From NCBI RefSeq assembly GCF_009914755.1, contig NC_060930.1: a stretch of DNA of 64,000 nucleotides; one strand, written 5' to 3'. This document shows, piece after piece, positions 57,640 to 64,000 of this stretch. The notes under the pieces were generated by a model that made no database searches, was not told the DNA's origin, and saw only the letters and a program-made list of their open reading frames with translations. How positions within the stretch are numbered: the first letter of the stretch is position 1; the number at the start of each line of letters is the position of its first letter. A program made the position numbers and the translations under genes. This DNA is from the human T2T-CHM13v2.0 reference genome, Homo sapiens.

Positions 57640-59999
57640 CTAAAGTGGAGCTTCTAGCGACCCCCAGGAGCACTGAGTGAACATGCAAGGTACCTGCAGG
57701 ATCCACTTGTGTCTATTGATCTCTCACAGCAGCTGGGGATCACAGGTAAGCTCCCTCTCGGATCTCTCTTTCCTTTCCCTTTTTTATCTTTTCTATTACT
57801 CAGGGCAACCAGCTTGCCCAGAGATCACGTGTTGAAACCCCTAGTCAGACATTGGATTAAAGATAACGGGGCCCATCTGAGGGCAAATATAAACCTTGCC
57901 AGTTTGATATTGAGTGCTAAGCAGAGTGGCTAATGTCTGTGTTTTATCACATGTATTTTGCTCTGGCCGGAACAACAACAAAAAATTTTTCCTTTATGAT
58001 GCGGCTTGGCCCCCAGTGTGATGGTGTGGCAAGCTGGGTCACTGGGGCCGCTGAGGGAAAGGGAACCCAGAAGGCTGGCATGCCAGCAAAAGAGTAAGAA
58101 TTTCTTACCAGTCAGATTTTTGGCTTCTCTCTCTCTGTGCAAATGGTTGAATGAATGGTAAAAATCACTGTTTATTTATCTCTTCTCTAAGGTTTTGATT
58201 AATGCAAAAAAAATTCTGAGGTTAGTCTTAAACTGATGTATTTGTGCTATGAATTCGTTTTTCTGGGTCAAGGGGTACCTTAGGATAAAACACGGGCTTA
58301 GGACCCCACAAGCTCGCTGGTCAATAACAAACTTTCCTGCAGGTCCCTGAAACACAAAAAAAAAACTGGATGGGGTCTCCATCTTGTTTTATGTCCTTGG
58401 GAACTTGACCTCGTAACCACGTGGCAGTACTTTCTCTTGGTCTCCACCTTCTAGGGAACAGGGATTTTAGGGTTTATGCCATAGTTAGCTCTAAAAATTA
58501 TCCTGAGTCATTAAAAGCCTCTGCAAGCTCAAAATTAACTACTCTAGACTCCTTCTGGGAAGGGCAGTAGACTGCTCTGTGCTGTGGCTCACTGGCCTTT
58601 CACACTGGCGGTTCCAGTTCCATTCCCTGCTTAGGAAGTAAGTCATTTCTGATTTAATATCTGCATAACCTTCTCTAGTCTCTTCTCCTCCACAGACTAT
58701 CTTAAATTTTCCTTCCTCGAGCACCTAGGAAGTTACCTTTGGTAAAGTTCAAAAGCCAGAAATATCAGCCATTTGGCCTGGGTAAAATCAGTAATAAGAA
58801 ATTTAAAAGGACTTTATTAAAGAGTGCTATGCTTAAAAGTCAGGTTAATTAAAAAATGAATATTCAGGCTCTAATGGCCTGGAATCCATGGGAAAAACAG
58901 GAGGCACCAGAAACCCTTTTCCTGGCCCTGTTCCTCCAAGGACTCCACCATAAAGCCAATAACCAATTAAGAAACTTAAAAACTGGCAAAAGAAAAATCT
59001 TACAACTACTATAGTAATCTTCTTCTGCCTGTCTGTCTAATTATATATGTATTGTGTGTAATGTTTATATAAAAGAGCTCAAATTAATTGGCTTAAACAA
59101 AAATAAGCACTTAAATATTTTGAAAGCAAAATAAAAACTGTAATGCCTCTTGGTTCATGTAACTTTAGTAATCTTTGGGAAATAAAAACAACTTTAAATA
59201 TTATTGATAAAGACATTTTGTCTAAATTATGCAGGTCAGATATTAGCTTTGCTATATGCTTCAAGGTCATAAACTGCTTTGACTTTTGAAAATTGTTCAA
59301 TTTATTTTGGAGACATTAAATTCTAAATAAGGCCTGGGGATATATGGAATTAGCCATGCCCCCTAGCTATACAAAGGCTATAAAGAAAATAGATTTCATT
59401 AAGAAAGGATGTTGTATGGTAAATTCTTGTCCTAAAGTAAAATGACTGGTTGTTTAAAAAGAGGGATGTTTAGGGCAAGTCAGAAAGTCTAAACATGTCA
59501 CACATAGTCTGTGTAAGTTGTGAAAAAATTTATGAAAAGGAATTCATGCCAGACATGTTGTACAATTTAAGGTGATTAGGCCTCCTAAATGCTTCATAAA
59601 ATGCCACCATGACTCTTAACTGTACAGCCTGCCTGCTTTATAGCTAGGTAAGGCCTGGGACACCTGTAGTTAGATGCTGGAAAGAGTCGGACCTTTATCT
59701 GCATTTCTGTCTGGGTCCTGGGCTCCACACCTAGTACATAATTAAAATCCTTACTTACCAAGGTTTTCACCAAAAGTAAAAGTTGCTAAGAGTTAACATT
59801 GTAATATGTAATTGAGAGTACTGAAAAAATAGGTTTACATGCAAGGTGTGTAAGGAGAATGAAATGTGTTTTTTGTAAGAGATTATAAGAAAATACAGGA
59901 ATGTAAATTTTTGCCTAGGTTAGAGGGTTAAAGGATTGTTTTAAATTAAATAAAGCTAAAGGTTTGAACAAGTTGTGGAAGGTTTATAAAAATTAATTA

Positions 60000-60478
<479 letters not shown>

Positions 60479-61326
60479 TTATAAAAATCTTACCTTATGG
60501 TCAAACTAATTAAAACTGAATAGATTTCTAAAATATTATTAAAAACTAGCTTTAACATTAAAAATACACTAATGGAAACATAAAATTTGGTTCCCTCTTT
60601 TAGAAAGGATTTTTATTTAATATTAAAAGATAATGAAAGGTTTTTGTTTACCTTTTAAATAAACAACAAAAAAAAATGGTTGAGGAAGGAAAGAAAGGAG
60701 ATAGTCAGTTGGCCTCATGCTATCCTCATTGGATCTTGTTTGGAAAGCTGAGTCTCCTTTCTATCAAAATACTGTTTTTTCCTTTAAAATTTTTTAAGTT
60801 ATCATTTTGGCTAAATGAATGACTTATGGTAACCTAAGATTCTATTTTGTAATATCCAATGTTTTAAACCTTTGGTATTTAACAAACCTTTCAAAATCAA
60901 GCTCTAGATTATCATGCTAAATAAGCCAATACTAAAATTGTTTAAATATACAATTTGAATGAACTCCATGGTCTAAGTCAAATTACCTATGATAACCCAT
61001 TAGCTATCAGTGCTATGCACCTAAATTGGAGAAACAACTGGTATTCAAGAGGACGTAAGTCCCGTGTTAAGCATGGACTCATGAAGAACCAGGATGGCCA
61101 CCTTGTCCTTCTTGAGTCCTTAAAGCTTTTGTTATTAAACGTTCTGGAAAAGATAAAATAATCCAAATTTAATATATTGATGTGGTGACTTATAAATTGC
61201 AGAAATAATTTAAATCCAATGTTTGGTTCCATATTCCTGGAAAGACGATCAAAGCTTCAGATGCGTTTGGCTACCTGATGGGCCATTTAAACATTTATAA
61301 AGAGATTTCATTCAATTGTCATTTTC

Positions 61327-61651
<325 letters not shown>

Positions 61652-61794
61652 TGAATTGTCATTTTCAATGCATGTTTTCTGGTTGTATAAAAGCTTTCCC
61701 ATGCAATAGGGCTGATGTTATAACAGTAGATTATAGTGTATTTTCACCAGACAAAGAAAACTTTTTATGATTCACTGAGGACAATCCCTTCACA

Positions 61795-61980
61795 ATCTAG
61801 AACCTGCAGATTGGATCGTCTGAGAACACCAGAGAAAGAGAAAGACTGTCCTTGCCATCCACACTACAGCAAAACTTTGGAGCTTTAAACCTTGGGTTCA
61901 TAATCTCACAGCTGAGAAGGGTCCCTCCACACTCCTGGAACTGTACATCCATTGGAACCCTTAAGGTAAAACTAACCAGA
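61795..61980 (+). pseudogene. Integrase C-terminal remnant
   Basis: Frameshifted LEPxDW...HQRK...TAKL...PWVH/ISQLRRVPPHSWNCTSIGTLKVKLT, resembling ERV1 integrase C-termini. Confidence 0.6.
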
Positions 61981-62404
61981 AAAGTTTCTCCCCAGAAGAT
62001 GGCATCCTTGATTAGAATAGCTTTTCCCAAGATCATAGATCAAAACTTCTACTATCACAAGACTCTTATCTTTGAATATTTTTTCCTTGTTTATGCCTCT
62101 ATGAACAATAGAAATTAAAAGTGGGTCTATTATATGCACTTATAGGGTATACTTTTATTTGTGAAGGATTTTGCAGCCAGCCTTAAACATGAATAACCTT
62201 ATATTTCAATAGATAAAAGATGAAGGCCCAATGTAGGTAACAAACTTTAGTGGTACATACATTGCCTCATAATCAGTCAAAACTCCTCTTAACCCACATC
62301 ATGGATTAAAGAGAACATTGACAAGAGGCCTTCACTCTTCTAGAAAGACATCCATTTGTTAGGTCCTTTTTCCATGGTTTAGAATAAAAGAGGCAATAAT
62401 TTGA

Positions 62405-63160
62405 AATGTCTCCCTCATAATAGGCTCTACAGCAAATTCTACTTTAAAGGCTATCGTTACACAACAGACTTTAAATTCTCCTTTGAAAATTATACTAAGT
62501 AATAGAATTGGCTAAACAGAAAAGTACCTGTGCAGCTGTTGACACCTGTGGCCTATGGAGAAATACAGCAAATGTAAATTATAAACAATTCTGGCCGGGC
62601 GTGATGGCTGACACCCGTAACCTCAGCACTTTGGGAGGCAGAGGTAGGCGGATCCCCTGAGGTCAGGAGTTTGAGAGCAGCCTGGCCAACATGGCAAAAC
62701 CCTGTCTCTACTAAAAATATGAAAATTAGCCTGGCGTGGTGGCAGGTGCCTGTAATCTCAGCTACTCAATAGGCTGAGGCGGGAGAGTCACTTGAACCTA
62801 GGAGGTGGAGGTTGTAGTGAGCTGAGATCGCCGCTGCATTCCAGCCTTGGTGACAGAGCAAGACTCCCTCTCACAAAATAAATACAATAAAAATAAATAT
62901 CCAGTTGTAGGGGATTAGTGAAAAGACCACTTAGTCAAGCAAGGAGACTCTTCATCTAACTCATTCTTCAATCTATTTAATTTTAGGTGGTTTGGCTTAT
63001 GGGGACCCTGGGTAAGGAGCATACTCCAAACTCTTGCTATTATCCGCCCGATAATGATAATAATAGTCTCCCTGGTGCACTGTATTCTCTCAAAGATTTT
63101 AAATGCTTGCATGCAGCCATCTCTACAACGTCAAATGATCTCTTTTCAACTGGAATAACA
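62405..63160 (+). pseudogene. env TM-subunit remnant split by an Alu
   Basis: NVSLIIGSTANSTLKAIVTQQTLNSPLKIILSNRI/AKQKSTCAAVDTC, then FFNLFNFRWFGLWGPWVRSILQTLAII..IIIVSLVHCILSK; contains stops and frameshifts. Confidence 0.7.
62593..62900 (+). mobile_element. AluS inside the env remnant
   Basis: Full dimer with (AAAAT)n tail. Confidence 0.9.
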
Positions 63161-63676
63161 AAAACTGAAAGAAATGTGTGACCATGAAGGCACCGTAACC
63201 TATGAATGACATGCTGAGACCAGAAACCCAAAATGATGTAACTGAGAGTGGCGCTAAGGCCCTAAGTTCTGGTCACGCTGTCACCTAAGTAAGAACCTGG
63301 CCAAAAGTGAGGAATTTTTTTTTAAACAAAATCATGGGAGGCCATTATTTTGGACTGAGCTCATGCACTAGGCACCAACAAACCAAACCAAACTAAAATG
63401 GAGTCACTCATGCTAAATGTGACATAATCAAACCAAGGCTTTAAAAAAACACAAAATGCTAGAACAGACCAGGTTTTTTCTCCTGTAAACAGATGTTTCA
63501 GAATAAGGAGGTATCCTCTACTCAGCCCTTATTCTCTTCCTGCAAAACCCACTGTTCTACTGTTTCCTAGTGAGTTTCAAAACCATACAGGTACACTTAT
63601 GACAGCGATAATAACATCAATGACCAAGGTTTTGGTCAATCTCTCAAAATTGAGAAAATGACCAAAACGGGGGAAT

Positions 63677-64000
63677 TGTTAAGGCAAACTAAATATGGCC
63701 TGAGAAGGACTCTGTCCTTCTATATTTGAGTCCTTGTGGATGAACTGTAACATAGCTTAATAGTCAAACAAAATTGAAAACCTAACTTAATAGTATACAC
63801 CTGTAACAATAACTGAGTGGTGGCCAATCCCAGCGGCCATACTTCAACCACTCACAGCCTGCTGAATGTTCAATCTGCGTTCAAATCAGGCAAACACCGA
63901 GCTGTAACCAACCTCACTGTTTCTGTACCTTACTTCCGATTCCTGTGCCTCACTTTGCCTTTTTTATCTATAAATTTGTTCTGACCATGAGGCACCCTGG
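63677..64000 (+). mobile_element. 3' LTR (cut by window edge), preceded by a polypurine tract
   Basis: aaaacgggggaat|tgttaaggcaaactaaatatggcc...; about 88% identical to the 5' LTR by manual count. Confidence 0.92.

Overview
Human genomic DNA. A human-specific AluYb8 is present, and the gene order matches the CPNE5-PPIL1-C6orf89 neighbourhood of chr6p21.2 as I recall it. Two protein-coding genes lie on the minus strand. (1) The 5' part of CPNE5 (copine-5): coding exons 1-3 at 17881-17975, 1657-1697 and 713-759, with a CpG-island promoter at ~17.7-19.7 kb; the gene continues off the left edge. (2) The complete PPIL1 gene (spliceosomal cyclophilin, 166 aa): CDS exons at 53328-53383, 50329-50483, 35196-35264 and 34423-34643, poly(A) signal at 33458-33463, and a CpG-island promoter at ~53.1-53.7 kb. 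The last 6.8 kb is a decayed two-LTR MER57-type endogenous retrovirus with a tRNA-Leu PBS, integrase and env remnants and three Alu insertions. The rest is about 30 Alu/FLAM elements, MIR/L2/L1 fragments, MaLR/ERVL LTRs and small DNA transposons; repeat subfamily calls were made by eye. Almost all listed ORFs are spurious. I found no supportable new multi-gene system. The most unusual observations are: a 19-nt unique tag apparently copied from behind one Alu into the tail of another 4.8 kb away; a ready-made 125-nt exon with a uORF at the ERV LTR/PBS junction; a fused inverted-Alu deletion scar; a loop-less inverted Alu/FLAM hairpin; a half-MADE1 with an atypical 7-bp duplication; and candidate cryptic exons and regulatory sites.
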